A program made the position numbers and the translations under genes. Of a stretch of DNA of 64,000 nt, positions 37,660 through 50,831 are shown piece after piece (position 1 is the first letter of the stretch; each line of letters starts with the position of its first letter). The DNA lies in NCBI RefSeq assembly GCF_018350175.1, contig NC_058368.1, positions 55,554,001 to 55,618,000 of the forward strand. Direction: 5' to 3'. This DNA comes from Felis catus. Taxonomy: Eukaryota. A model generated the notes under the pieces. It was not told the DNA's origin. It worked only from the letters and a program-made list of their open reading frames with translations, and did not search any database.

Positions 37660-40380
37660 AACATATAGTCCTGTGAGCTTGTACACACAAATACAATAAA
37701 CACTACAAAAACAGGGTACAGAATAATTCCAACACTCCAAATAATTCTGTGGTTTTCCTTTGTATTCAAATCTTTTTTCCACTCCTAATCCATGGCAACT
37801 AGTCTGTTTGTAGTTACCCTATTTTTTTACTTTTCCAGAATGTCACAGATATGGAATGAGGCAGTAATCAGTCTTTTGAGACTGGGTTCTTCTATTTAGC
37901 GTAATTCATTTGTGATCTGTGTTGTTGCATAAAGCATTAGTTCATTTCTCTTTATTGCTAACTAATATTCCATCGTGTGACTATATCACAGTTTCTGCAT
38001 TTACCAACTGGGTGGTTTTCAGGGAAAGTGTGATTATTGACAGTATACACATTTGCATACAAGCTTTTATTTGAATTTGAGTTTTTATTTGTGTAGCATA
38101 ATCATCTAGAAGTATGATTGTTGGAACATAAGTGTATGTTTCAGTTTTCCAATGTGGTTGTACCCTCAGGAGCGATATCTGTGTGATCCCATTGCTTCAT
38201 GGGCTAGCCTACAGTTGGTTTTCTCAGTATTTTTAATTGTAGCTATTCTAATAGGTGTTTACTGGTCTCTCACCATGGTTTTGATTTTTATTTCCCTATT
38301 GACAAATTGTGTTCAACATCTTTTCATGTGCATTTTTTTAATACACATTTTTTCATTGGTGGAGTGTCTAGTTACATCATTAGCAAATTTTTGTAGGGTT
38401 GTTTTACTTACTGTTGAGTTTTTTTTAATTCTTTATACATTCTGAAAAATTCTTTGCTGTGTGGTTTGTAAGTTTTTTTTTTCCCAGTCCCTGGGTTGTC
38501 TATATAATCTCTTAACTTTGTCCTTCACAGAAAAAATATTTTCATTTTTTATGAAATTAAATTTATCATGTTTTTTTCTTTTTATGCACCCTGTTTTTGA
38601 TATTAATTCTAAGAAAACTTTATCCTATGCAGGGTCACAAATTTTCTCTGAAGTGTTTTTATATTTACATCTGTGACACATTTTGAGTTATTTTATATGG
38701 TATAAAGCATAAGTCAAGCTGTTTTTCCTTCTCTTTTCTTCTTTTTCTTCCTTTTCATTATTATTATCTGCATATTAATCTTCATCTTCTTTTAAAATAT
38801 GGAGGTCCTGTTGTTCCAACACCATTTGATGAAACCATCCTTTCTTCATTAGTTACCCTGGACTTTTTTTCAAAAATCTGTTAACCTTGTTTGTGTGGGT
38901 CTATTTGTGTATTTTCTGTTCTGTTTGATTTGTCTTCCTGTTTATCTTTTTAACATTTTACTAGCTTGAGTAATGTAACTTTATAACAACACTTAAAATC
39001 AGGTAATGTGTGCAGTAAATTTGCTAAGGGCTGCCTTAATGATGTACCACAAACTGTAGGGCTTGAAAAACAGAAATTTATTGTCTCACGATTCTGGAGG
39101 CTAGATATCTGAAATCAAAACAGGGTTAAATGCAGTAAAGGCTGTGAGGACAGGATCCATTACAGGTTTCTCTCCTTGGCTTGTAGATAGTTTTCTCCTG
39201 GTGTCTTCATATCATTTTCCCTTTAGGTATTTTCTGTCTCTGTGTCCACATTTCCTCTGTATATAAAGGACACCCAGTCATGCTGGCTTGAGCCCGGCCT
39301 AATGACCTCATTTTAACTTGGTTGCCTCTGTAAAGTTTCTATTTCCAATTAAAGCCATATTCTGAGGTACTGAGGGGGTTAGGACTTCAACATATGTATA
39401 TATATTTTTTGGAGGTAGAGGAAGCAGTATTCAACCCATAACACTTTGAATACACCATCTCTGTTCTTTCACACTTATTTTTAGATAATCTAGTTACATT
39501 TACTTACACAAATTTTGGGGATCAACTTATCTATTTTGACAAAGAATCATACTGTGATTTAGATTGGGATTACATTGTCTACCGATCAATTTAGAATATT
39601 TGACCTCTTAACTATAATGAGTCTTTCAGATTCATTAACATGATATGTCCTTATATTTATTTCCATTTGTTGAGATATTATATCAGTAATTTGCAAATTT
39701 CAGTGTACAGATTTTAGACATATTTGATTTGATTTAAAACTTTCTTTTGGAGGGGAAGCTAGGTAAAATGATGATACTTTAGTTTTCAGTGTTCATTGCT
39801 AATGAACAGAAGTATGATAGATTTTTTTCTATATTGATCCTATGGCTTTGTGACATTGTTCAACTCATTTACTAATGCTGAGAGAGTTTGTTGTTGTTTA
39901 ATAGGTGCCTTGGGATTTTCTATATTGACAGTCATGTTGTCTGTAAATAGGATTTTTATTTATTCCTTTAAAATCTAAGCACTGTTAAATTCTTCTTCTC
40001 GACTTATTGTAAATGCCAGAACTTTCAGTGTGATAGTAAATAAGGGTGATGAGAGTTAGCATCCTTGCCAATAGAGGAAAATTATTTTGCTTATTACCAT
40101 TAGGTATGATGTTAGTTATATAGATTATTTGTAGCTGTTTTTTATTGAATAAATTTCTATAGATTATTTGTAGCTATTTTTTATTGATTAAGTTTATTTT
40201 TACTTCTTAGTAAAATTTTTAGCATCAAAGAATATTGTGTTTATCAAATATATTTTCTCCATTTGTTAATATAATTATCTTTATTTTTTTAACATGAGTC
40301 ATTTTGTATCATGAAATGCATTAATTTTTGAGTATTGAACCAATTTTGCGTTGGTGAGATAGATTATACATGATTGTGAT

Positions 40381-40412
<32 letters not shown>

Positions 40413-40910
40413 TGCAGGGTTAAAATTGTTGATACACTCTTGAGGATTTTTGCATCCATATTTATGTTGGATATTAGTTTTATTTTCTTGTGTTACCTTT
40501 GTCTTATTTCAGGAGAGAGTTAATGACGGACTCATTAAACTGAGTTGGCAGTTTTTATCTTCTTCTTTGAAGAAATTGTGAGGAATTATTATTTCATTCT
40601 TATAAATGCTTAGTAGAAATTACCAGTGAAACCATATACTCCTGAAGTTTTTCTTTCTGAAGATTTGAAACTACTAATTTATTTTTTTAATACCTGGATG
40701 AATATTTAGAATATATATTTCTTTTTGAATAATATTTGAAAATGTTTTTAGAGGATTTTTTCATTTCATCTAAGTTGTTCAACATAAAGTTGTTTTTGTC
40801 TTTATTATACTTTCAGTGTTAGAGGAGTGAATAATGATGTCCCAGATTTTATTCCTGAATTTGGTAAAATGAATCTTTTCTCTTTTTCCTCTGTCAGTTT
40901 AGCTAAAATA
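37660..40910 (-). mobile_element. Old LINE-1 (L1M-type) 3' portion, about 3 kb, split by an LTR
   Basis: Collinear antisense L1 motifs: catcttttcatgtgc, gttgttccaacaccattt, gagttagcatccttg, ttgaggatttttgcatccatatt, ccagtgaaacca. Confidence 0.75.
39009..39443 (-). mobile_element. MaLR solo LTR (MLT1A-like)
   Basis: gtaccacaaactg...cagaaatttattgtctcacgattctggaggctag...taatgacctcattttaactt...attcaacccataaca. Confidence 0.85.
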
Positions 40911-40930
40911 CTAAAATGTTAATTAAAATT

Positions 40931-41140
40931 GGGGTGCCTGGGTGGCTTAGTTGGTTGAGTGTACAATTCTTGTTTTTGGCTTAGGTCATGATCTAACAGT
41001 TCATGTGTTCGGGCCCTGCATTGGACTCTGCACTAATAGCACAGAGACTGCCTGGGATTCTGTCTCTCACTATCTTTCTGCCCCTCACCCACTCACTATC
41101 TGTCTCTTTCTCTCAAAAATAAAATAAACACGAAAAAATA
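40931..41140 (+). mobile_element. Carnivore SINE
   Basis: Head ggggtgcctgggtggcttagttggttgag; A-rich tail. Confidence 0.92.
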
Positions 41141-41366
41141 TAAATTATTTGTTAAGACTTGTTACAACAATAAGCTTCTGAATCAAGAAAATCTTAATCA
41201 TAGAACTGATAAAAATGCTGATAAATATTTGAAGAACTATTATTAAGCATTTATACATACAAAATTTAAGTTGAAACATTATTTTCATCTATGCATATAT
41301 AAACATTTTTAAATTTCATTGTTTGTGAAAGTGGAGGCTCTTATATTGAAAACATATATAAAGCAA

Positions 41367-41545
41367 TTTTTTTTTTTAGAAAGAGAGTAGGGGAGGGGCA
41401 GATGGAGAGGAAGAGAGAGAATTTTAAGCAGGCTTCATGCTCAGTGCAGAGCCTGATACAGGGCTTGATCTCATGACCCTGATATCATGGCCTGAGCTGA
41501 AATCAAGAGTCAGATGCTTAACTGACTGAGCCACCGAGGTGCCCC
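41367..41545 (-). mobile_element. Carnivore SINE
   Basis: Reverse head actgactgagccaccgaggtgcccc; flanked by aaagcaatttt / aaagcagtgtttt. Confidence 0.92.
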
Positions 41546-41817
41546 AAAGCAGTGTTTTATTTTTTATTTTTTTATTTTTTATTTTTTCAATATATGAAAT
41601 TTATTGTCAAATTGGTTTCCATACAACACCCAGTGCTCATCCCAAAAGGTGCCCTCCTCAATACCCATCACCCACCTTCCCCTCCCTCCCACCCCCCATC
41701 AACCCTCAGTTTGTTCTCAGTTTTTAAGAGTCTCTTAGCTTTGGCTCCCTCCCACTCTAACCTCCTTTTTTTCTTTTTTTTTCCCTTTCCCTCCCCCATG
41801 GGTTTCTGTTAAGTTTC

Positions 41818-42922
41818 TCAGGATCCACATAAGAGTGAAAACATATGGTATCTGTCTTTCTCTGTATGGCTTATTTCACTTAGCATCACACTCTCTAGTT
41901 CCATCCACGTTGCTACAAAAGGCCATATTTCATTTTTTCTCATTGCCACGTAATATTCCATTGTGTATATAAACCACAATTTTTTTATCCATTCATCAGT
42001 TGATGGACATTTAGGCTCTTTCCATAATTTGGCTATTGTTGAGAGTGCTGCTATAAACATTGGGGTACAAGTGCCCCTATGCATCAGTACTCCTGTATCC
42101 CTTGGGTAAATTCCTAGCAGTGCTACTGCTCGGTCATAGGGTAGGTCTATTTTTAATTTTTTGAGGAAGCTCCACACTGTTTTCCAGAGTGGCTGCACCA
42201 ATTTGCATTCCCACCAACAGTGCAAGAGGGTTCCCATTTCTCCACATCCTCTCCAGCATCTATAGTCTCCTGATTTGTTCATTTTGGCCATTCTGACTGG
42301 CATGAGGTGATATCTGAGTGTGGTTTTGATTTGTATTTCCCTGATGAGGAGCGACGTTGAGCATCTTTTCATGTGCCTGTTGGCCATCTGGATGTCTTCT
42401 TTTTTTTTTTTAATGTCTGTTTATTTTTGAGAAGAGAGAGATAGAGCATGAATAGGAGAGGGTCAGAGAGAGGGAGACACAATCTGAAACAGGCTCCAGG
42501 CTCTGAGCTGTCAGCACAGAGACCGACACGGGGCTGGAACCCACGGACTGCAAGACCATGACCTAAGCCGAAGTTGGCTGCTTTAACCGACTGAGCCGAC
42601 CCAGCGCCCCTGGATGTCTTCTTTAGAGAAATGTCTATTCATGTTTTCTGCCCATTTCTTCACTGGGTTATTTGTTTTTCGGGTGTGGAGTTTGGTGAGC
42701 TCTTTATAGATTTTGGATACTAGCCCTTTGTCCGATATGTCATTTGCGAATATCTTTTCCCATTCCGTCAGTTGCCTTTTAGTTTTGTTGGTTGTTTCCT
42801 TTGCTGTGCAGAAGCATTTTATCTTCATAAGGTCCCAGTAGTTCATTTTTGCTTTTAATTCCCTTGCCTTTGGGGATGTGTCAAGTAGGAAATTGCTACG
42901 GCTGAGGTCAGAGAGGTCTTTT
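41818..42922 (-). pseudogene. LINE-1 ORF2p C-terminal fragment with cysteine-rich (CCHC-type) motif, interrupted by a SINE
   Basis: Translates ...[22 protein letters not shown]...[11 protein letters not shown] | [17 protein letters not shown]...[26 protein letters not shown]..., matching known L1 ORF2p. Confidence 0.95.
42403..42610 (-). mobile_element. Feline SINE inserted in L1 ORF2
   Basis: Perfect TSD TGGATGTCTTCTTT at 42389 and 42611. Confidence 0.97.
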
Positions 42923-42980
42923 CCCCAAAGCAGTGTTTTAAATATGCTGATCAGTTAATTCTACGATTTCACTTTTATCA

Positions 42981-43194
42981 TTTATTAAAAAATGTTTTTA
43001 ATGTTTACTTTTGAGAGATAGAAACAGAGTGCAAGTGGGGGAGGGGCAGAGAGAGAAGGAGACACAATCTAAACAGGCTCCAGGCTCTGAGCTGTCAGCC
43101 CAGAACCTGAAGTGGGGCTCGAACTTGGGTCCAGCGAGATTATGACCTATGCTGAAGTCGGACACTTAACTGACTGAGCCACCCAGGTACCCCC
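42981..43194 (-). mobile_element. Feline SINE
   Basis: Reverse head tgactgagccacccaggtacccc. Confidence 0.93.
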
Positions 43195-43340
43195 AATTCC
43201 ACTTCTTGTAATCAATTCTAAGGAAGCCTTAGAAATATTTATGCATCAGTAAGTTTGTATTAGTATTATTTTGAGTAGAAAAATTTTTAAGCAACTGAAA
43301 ATTAAGCTCTAGGGAAAGCTTAGCATGGGAAAGAATATTT

Positions 43341-44502
43341 TGTATAATGGTTTTGTTGTGTCAATTTAGCAAGGATGAATTATAGTTCATAGAACTCTTT
43401 CTCTCTCTTTTTTTTTTTTAATTCTTCTGGTGAGAGTGGCCACAAAGGAGATTTTCAAAGGATCTGCAAGGTAGAAAAGGAGTATCCATTTTGTGGCTCA
43501 CATAATGTTGCTGATTACCTGCTTAGTATGAAACATACCTGGGATCACAGATACCCTTTCTTGGAGTTAAACTTTTCATTTTAATGCTTAAATTGCTTCA
43601 AAATCCAGATCATGGTAAAATAAGGATGTCTGTAAAATACTTTACAATACATTAAATTACCCCAAATTATCAAAAATTATATGATATTTCAGTTATAAGA
43701 AATTTATTATACTAATAACAAAATTAAAAAGGTAACACTAATTTCCTAAGATACAGTTTATTCTATATAGCTGGTGTCCAGAGGTTTAGGATTCAGAGCA
43801 GGTGCTGGAAATCAACTCTCCAATTTGTTTCTGGATGACTTGGTAATAAAGCAACCCATAGTACCACTCTGACCTCTGATATATCACACAATGACCAAGA
43901 TAACTAGAGCTCTGGAAATAGTAAACAGAAGAGTGGTTTCTGTTGGGGGTGGGGGGGCAGGATTTTAAGGAAAATGCAGGTGGCTTAGAACATAGAAAGT
44001 TTGACAAATTAAATTTAATACATAAGTGTTCATTGTTCACTTGATATCCAAACAAAGTATATGTGGTGAGTCAGTCACTCTTAACATAGCCTCAGTATGG
44101 CTTATAGTTACTCTGTCTTCCTGTGGGTCCCTCTTCAGCTTCCTGACTCCTGGATTGGGTATGTGGGTTTAGATTCATCAGGAAGTTCCCTGGATTCTGC
44201 AACACTCTTTTTACCAAGGTTATAGACCAGACACAGTTTTCAATCTATCCTCATACAGTTCATGCTTAGGGCTGCAGCTTGCTTATGATCTCTTTCTGAG
44301 TACATGCCTGTCTCCATTATCAGACACAAAGCCAATTGCCTTGCAGACCTTGATGATCCACATCTCACATTTCGTAAGCCAACTCCCCATAAAAGATAGA
44401 TAAATGATACATAAAAACATACATACATAGGAATCTAGATATACATTTATTGATAACTTCTCCTACTGGCTCCGTCTCTGTGGTTGAATGCTGATTGATA
44501 TA
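43341..44502 (+). mobile_element. Fragmented ERVL LTR (MLT2-like)
   Basis: Start tgtataatggttttgttgtgtcaatttagc and end ctcctactggctccgtctctgtggttgaatgctgattgata resemble MLT2 termini; interior is not all LTR. Confidence 0.45.
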
Positions 44503-44517
44503 TTATATTGAATGATA

Positions 44518-44645
44518 TTTTTATTTATTTTATTTTATTTTTTAATTAGGCTTAACACCCAGCACAGAGCCCAACGTGGAGCTTGAGTTCACGACCGTGA
44601 GATCAAGAGTCAGACACTCAACCAATTAAGCTATCCAGGTGCCCC
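44518..44645 (-). mobile_element. Short carnivore SINE lacking the CT linker
   Basis: cagagcccaacgtgg...gagatcaagagtcag...tccaggtgcccc with (TTTTA)n tail. Confidence 0.85.
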
Positions 44646-44785
44646 ACAAGCAATATTTTCAAAGGAATGTTACTGATACAATACTTAGTGAGAATATAGC
44701 AGGAAAAGTGTCATATGAAGGATGATTCCTGAAGGATCTAGAGCCAATTTGAGGAAATTAAATTTAGCACGATGTTAGGAGTATT

Positions 44786-45228
44786 TGCTTTGGGTTGAAT
44801 AATACCCTGCTCAAATTCCTATGTTGAAATCCTAACCTTTTGTACCTCAACCTAACCTAACCTTACCTTTTGTACCTCAGAATTAGACCTTATTTGGTGA
44901 TAGAGTCTTTGCAGATGTAATCTAGTTAAAATGAGGTCATTAGGATGGACCTTATAAGAAAGGGAAGTTTGAAGACAACATACACAGTGAGAATGCTGTG
45001 TGAATCTCAAGGCAGAGATTTGGGTGATGCATCTATCAGCCAAGAAAGACCAAAAAAATGGTCAGCCAGTTACCTGAAAAAGAGTGAGACAAAGAATACA
45101 TTGTTCTTCACAGTTCTCAGAAGAAATCAACCTGCTTAATCCCTGATTTCTACTTCAGAACTGTGAAACAATAAATTTCTGTTGTTTAAACCATGGTACC
45201 TTGTTAAGGCAGCTCTAGCAAACAAAAC
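44786..45228 (+). mobile_element. MaLR solo LTR (MLT1A/B-like)
   Basis: tgggttgaat...tatgttgaaatcctaacc...gtaatctagttaaaatgaggtcat...aataaatttctgttgtttaa...gcagctctagcaaac. Confidence 0.85.
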
Positions 45229-46554
45229 TTTATGGATTCTTAAATTATACTTTTGAAACAGTTTTTTTGCTAAGTGTATTTCAAGGAGCACAGTTTTATT
45301 TTACAGTTTCAAGAATGAAAGTAATGTTGATTGACTTGATGTTTTATTAAGTGATGCTAGAAAACAATAGAATTCTGACACATATTTGATAGTGGAGAAT
45401 TTGTTATTTTCCTGAAAGAGAATTTTTCACAGCATTGGCATATTCATATAAACAAAGTGTGGGCCCCTACATAATTCACTTTAAGCAGAGTATATTTAGT
45501 AATGTCATAAAATATTGACATTTAAGTCAATTATTTGTTCTTTGTTTCCTCTAGTTAGGCCCCTTTGTTTTGTACTACTTTTGCTGCCATGCTAAAATTA
45601 CCTACATTGTTATGATTTCTTATTAAATGACAAGACGTTTTAAAACACTTCTGTTCTGCACACCTTTAAGGAAGGCATGAAACTTTTTGTCAGATTTGTT
45701 GTTAGTAGTAAGCATTATCGGGCCTCTAGATTGGCTTGCTTTTTTGTATGTTTGTTCTCATTTTTGCTTTTTGATACTTTATGAATCTTATTCAAGGTGT
45801 GTGTTTGTGTTTCTAGAATTCTGATCCTCAAATCCAGGTTCTCTCTGCTTCAAATATTAAGTTAGATCTCTGAAAGTTACACTTTAGGTATGTTGCTCCA
45901 AGTTTGTCCGTAACAATAACTTGTGTCTAATAAGTTCTGGTTTACTCTCTGCTTTGATTATGAAGATAATCTGTAGGTCTAACAACTGTCTGATGATGAC
46001 TGTTTTGTAAGGAATACAATTATGTTACTTGAAAAGCTTTTGTTTTTCCTTCTGATGATCAAGTCTGGTGCAGACACAGAATAACAGCACAGAGAGATGT
46101 ATAACGTGAAGGTGTATTGTGCTCACATGTCCTAGAAGAGGAAGGTAGTGCATTCCCAGAGGACCAAATGGAGGGTACCCAAAACCCCAAGCATAGTGTG
46201 AGTGCAAGAGACAGCAAGAGAGAGCGAGAATGAAAGAGACAGAGACAGAGGGCTAAAAAACCAGTAGGCGACAGCTATCATTGGGGGTCGAGGGTGGAAT
46301 GACACTGTAGCATGTGGACAGCATGCTTGTTGGTTGATTAAATGTAGTTGCCCCAACAGGAAGGAGCTGTCTTGGGGGAAAATAGAAATGTCATCATGAG
46401 GCTTATTGCTTGGTACAAATGTTTAATCTGTTGAGTGTGGAGCAGACTCTGTGAAATTAGGTGAAGAGTCAAGGAGAAGTGGGCAGGGGAGAGACATTGA
46501 GGAAACAAACATTTTACCCTTATATGACAGTGACAAAGTTCAAGGCCTTTGCAT

Positions 46555-46770
46555 ATACCATCAACTTAAAATAAGGTAATGTGGTGTAGGCTTTAAATCT
46601 AGTGACTGCTGTTCTTACAAGGAAAGAGGGATTTGCACATACAGTGACATACATACACACTGATAGAAGATTGCTATGAAAAAAGTGAGAAATTAGAGGG
46701 CTGCAGCTATAAGCCAAGGAATGTCAAGGATTGCCAGCAACCACCAGAAGCTAAGAAAAGGAAGGACCAA
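46555..46770 (+). mobile_element. MaLR LTR fragment (MLT1-like)
   Basis: gcagctataagccaaggaatgtcaaggattgccagcaaccaccagaagctaag. Confidence 0.7.
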
Positions 46771-47294
46771 CAGAGCATTCTACTCATGAAGTACAGGGAA
46801 CTGTGAACCTTGCTTGAAGCCATTCTGAGCTGTTGTGCAGATTTTTTCTAGATTCCAATGAAAAGCAAACCCCTGGGTTGTGCCTCCAAGTAGAGATTGA
46901 GATAAGGCTATTCTTTGAATGGGGAAGTTCCTCCTGGGAACTCTATAGAGATTTAGAAGTCCCTGAAGGTTGGCTATGGAATTCCAGAGCAAGCCTGTGT
47001 ATGGTCCAGGAGATTCCATTCACACGCCCCAGCACTAAGAAGGAAGACACGGTAGTGTCCCTCAGAATTTCTACTCAATGCCTGTGGCTCCTTGTGTATC
47101 CTCATGATGATGGTGGATTCCCCTGAGCCATGAACAGCATGAAGCTTGGAAAAGAAAAAGTGTGAGAGCAAGCCAGGCTGCTAATACTCAACTGGACCTT
47201 CTGAAGCACTCAGTGGTATTATTTTTGCAGCTACATTTCCTTTGGTTTTAAAAAAACAGAGTCTGGTGTTTCACTATAAAAAAATATAGGGCAT

Positions 47295-47415
47295 GGGGGT
47301 GCTTGGGTAGCTCAGTTGGGTAAGCATCTGACTCTTGATTTCAGCTCAGGTCATGATTTCACAGTTTGTGAAATAGAGGCTCACGTTGGGTTCTGTGCTG
47401 TCAGCTGCTTGGGAT

Positions 47416-47450
<35 letters not shown>

Positions 47451-47511
47451 GTCTCTCTCTCTGTCTCTCTGTCTCTCTCTCTGTCTCTCTCTCTGTCTCT
47501 CTGTCTCTCTG

Positions 47512-47573
<62 letters not shown>

Positions 47574-47592
47574 AAAAACATTTAAGAAAAAA
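47295..47592 (+). mobile_element. Carnivore SINE with greatly expanded (CT)n/(CTGT) linker
   Basis: Head gggggtgcttgggtagctcagttgg; pyrimidine-rich tract about 47416-47573. Confidence 0.92.
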
Positions 47593-50237
47593 GGCAGAAG
47601 AGTCAAGAACCATTTCAGTTTGACAGTTAAGGATAATTTATACTACAAAGGATAAGGGAAAAAAGTTAAAAATGGTGTTAAATTTAGTTAATTCATAGAA
47701 AGGGATGTTAATAGACATAATGTCAAGTTACTCAATTTTTTTTTGGTTATATAAGAAGAATAATCATTAGGTAAAATTGATTGACGTGAATTTAAAAAAC
47801 AAAATGGAAATGGAGACAGCCCATGAATAAAATCAAAGTGTAAGAATGCTGACCACAAAAAGATCTTATTAGTATGGAAGCTGAAAGTTGATTGATAATT
47901 GCTTTATGCTCACAGTGTTGAAAACATGAACTATAAGGTGTCTTTGCAAATGTGCTTTCTGTTCGTTTCTTAGGTTTATAGAAGAAAAAATAATTGTAGG
48001 CATAGTATGATTTTGTAAATGAATGGCTTTTATTGAACTATGAAGAATCTCTGAATACCATAGCCAGTCCTGTCTTGAATAGGATACTTAAAGACCCAAT
48101 CATATGCCCATGAATGCTTGAAATTTTACTGGACAATTGAGAATTAATCCTTGACTATTTTGGCTTCCACTTTTTTATTCATTAGAATAAAGATAACAAA
48201 AGTGAAAGAATGAGTCTATCAATATATGTGTGCAAATGTGTGTACATATATCCACATCCACAAATTCATTTCAACATATGAAACAGTGAATTAAGTTGTA
48301 TTGTATTCACAATGGTAAGATCTTTGTACATAAAGGGGTCACATTTGCTTGACAGACACAAATATAAATTAAAAAACCCGTAGAGAAAAATGCATTAACA
48401 AAAGTATGTTCAGTGTTCTATTATAATGTCAAGAAGGCTCAGATCTCTTTTGGGGGTCAATTAGGAAATTTTCACCATGGCAGAGCAAATGATTTGAACA
48501 TATATCTGCTTGCTTTCAATCTGTCTGTTCTTCTGGATTCCGTAAGTACAGAAGCCATGCCCCTTCTGTCTATGATACTCAGTGTGTGTACTGACCTGTC
48601 AAATAGCTATTAAGTCAGTATTTATGATGTAGGTGAATAAATCATCTAAAAGGAATTTGTAGTATATTGGAATGTGGCCTCCTATAATTTCATTTTTTAA
48701 TTAAGTTTTTCTAACTTCTGAATCAGTTGAAGCTTTTATTACTATGTACTATGATTATAGCAGGAAGTCCTCTTGTTATTTCTCTTTTATCTGCTGAACA
48801 ATAGCTGTTTTTACTGCATACATAATGTAAAAAATTGGTTTAGGTGATAGGCTATTAATGTACTACATTTTACACATTTCCTAATATATTTCACACTATG
48901 TGTTCCCTGAATCCCTTAATTCTAACCAAATAGCTTTTCTCATTTTCCCAGTTCAAAGCTACATATATTTATTTCTCTCGAACATTTTTCATTAACATTC
49001 CTTTTTTTTTTTTTTTGAATTGTGTTTTGCTTTTTTACTCACCAAAATTCCTCCTGTCTGTCAAGAACTGGTTAAGGTCTTGCTTCCAGAAAAACCTTCC
49101 TCAACATACTCTAGTGATCCAATTCTTAAACTTACCAAATTCTCAAAATTTCTCTATCACTGGTAGTTTATACCATTTACTTTATCATCTACTGTGTTGG
49201 ATAATTATCTCCTTAAGTGTAGGGCCTATATCCTCCACCAAAATGTTCTCAACACAAATAAGGGATTTTTTTTTTTGTATAACATAAAGACTTAAGGTAT
49301 TTAATTAAATAGTATTGAACTGCTTGAGCTAAAATTTGAATTTTTAAGTGAATGAAAGAACTTAAAATATCATGCAACCTTAAAGCCCACCATCTATAAA
49401 TACTTTTATGGGAGAAAGCAAGAACTTTCATGGGCAAGACATATCAGATTTCTTCTCACACGTAAAGTTTAAGATGTCTTTGTACTAAAAGGATTAAAGA
49501 TTTTACTTTACTTTGAAGTATAGATTTTACAGGCTCACTCATGGCCTGTTCATATTCCTAAAGGGTATTTTACAAATATGTATTAAATGAATCAATTATT
49601 TTATATTTTCTAGTTTTAAGAGCTAGGGCATCTTTAGTGCAAAATATTTATTAAAATTGGTCATTTTTGAACTACATTTCAATAGTATATTGATTCAAAA
49701 TAGTAACTAGACAAATCAGTCATCCAAAGTGCTAAAAACATTTCTTTTACCTTGATATTAATTAGACAGGAGAATTACAAAATGTTGGACTTCTATGACA
49801 ACATGTCTAATATGTCAACACTGACATTTCTTTGGGCTTTGTGTTTGATCAAACAAAATATTTTTAATATTAAATACATCATCTTTGACTTTAAAATTTA
49901 ACTGGTAGCATTTATGATTGTATAAGTGGTAAAGAAAAGAGAATTTTTTAAAGTAGTTCAGAAAATTCTTCCATAATCACACTATTTTTAGTCAAAATCT
50001 CACTATTAATGAAAAATCAGGTGATTTTTGATAACTACAAGGTAGTGGTTTTCATATTTTCAGAAGCAAAATACTTCAGATAAAATTACGCTGAAGCTTT
50101 TGTTATAAAATAGTTGATATTCTGGTCAATAGCATGGGGAAAAACTGTTATTAATTTAATACCTTAAGTTTATTTAGAATTTCAAAATTCTGTTAAAGTT
50201 ACAAGAAATTAATTTTTAATAAAAACTATACTAAAAA

Positions 50238-50437
50238 TTTTTTTAATGTTTATATTAGAGAGAGAGAAAATGTGTGAATGGAGGAGGGGCAGAGAGAGAT
50301 GGAGACAGAATCTGAAGCAGGCTCCTGCTCTGAGCTGTCAGCACAGAGACCAGTGGTGTGGCTTGAACTTTTGAACCACAAGATCATGACCTGAGCTGAA
50401 AATGGATGCTTAACCGACTGAGCCACCCAGGCACTTC
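50238..50437 (-). mobile_element. Feline SINE
   Basis: Reverse head ccgactgagccacccaggcac. Confidence 0.93.
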
Positions 50438-50831
50438 TAAAAACTACTATATTAAAAATAATAATAAAAAAATAATAAAATAAAAACTACTGTATTAATG
50501 TAAACCTTGTGTTTATTTTATTGTATAAGTATTGTATATATCATATACAAGTATTTCCAGAAAAAATTCAGTGTTAAATACATTTTGTTACTTAATAGGT
50601 AAGTATTTTGTATTATTCTGTTTCTTATTTTAATATATAAACTTATCTTAAATGTTGCAGGCTTGCATGTTATTGTGCATTTATCCATTCACTTTATTTT
50701 ATTAGTATATATGCACGTTTATGAAAAGAAGTGGCAAATACTCAAAATTTTCCATGTGTATTATTTTATATTTAATTATTTTTGAGTATAGTTGACAATG
50801 TTACATTAGTTTCTTCTTGTAAAGTGTAAAC

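Larger units (their letters stand above)
41560..42922 (-). mobile_element. Young 5'-truncated feline LINE-1
   Basis: ORF2 C-terminus, G-rich 3' UTR and A-rich tail; direct repeat CCCCAAAGCAGTGTTTTA at 41542-41559 and 42923-42940. Confidence 0.97.

Noticed and set aside
46025..47200. Moderately GC-rich stretch with several short ORFs, possibly ERV/LTR-derived
   Set aside because: No gag/pol/env motifs recognised and family could not be assigned; only the MLT1 fragment was called.
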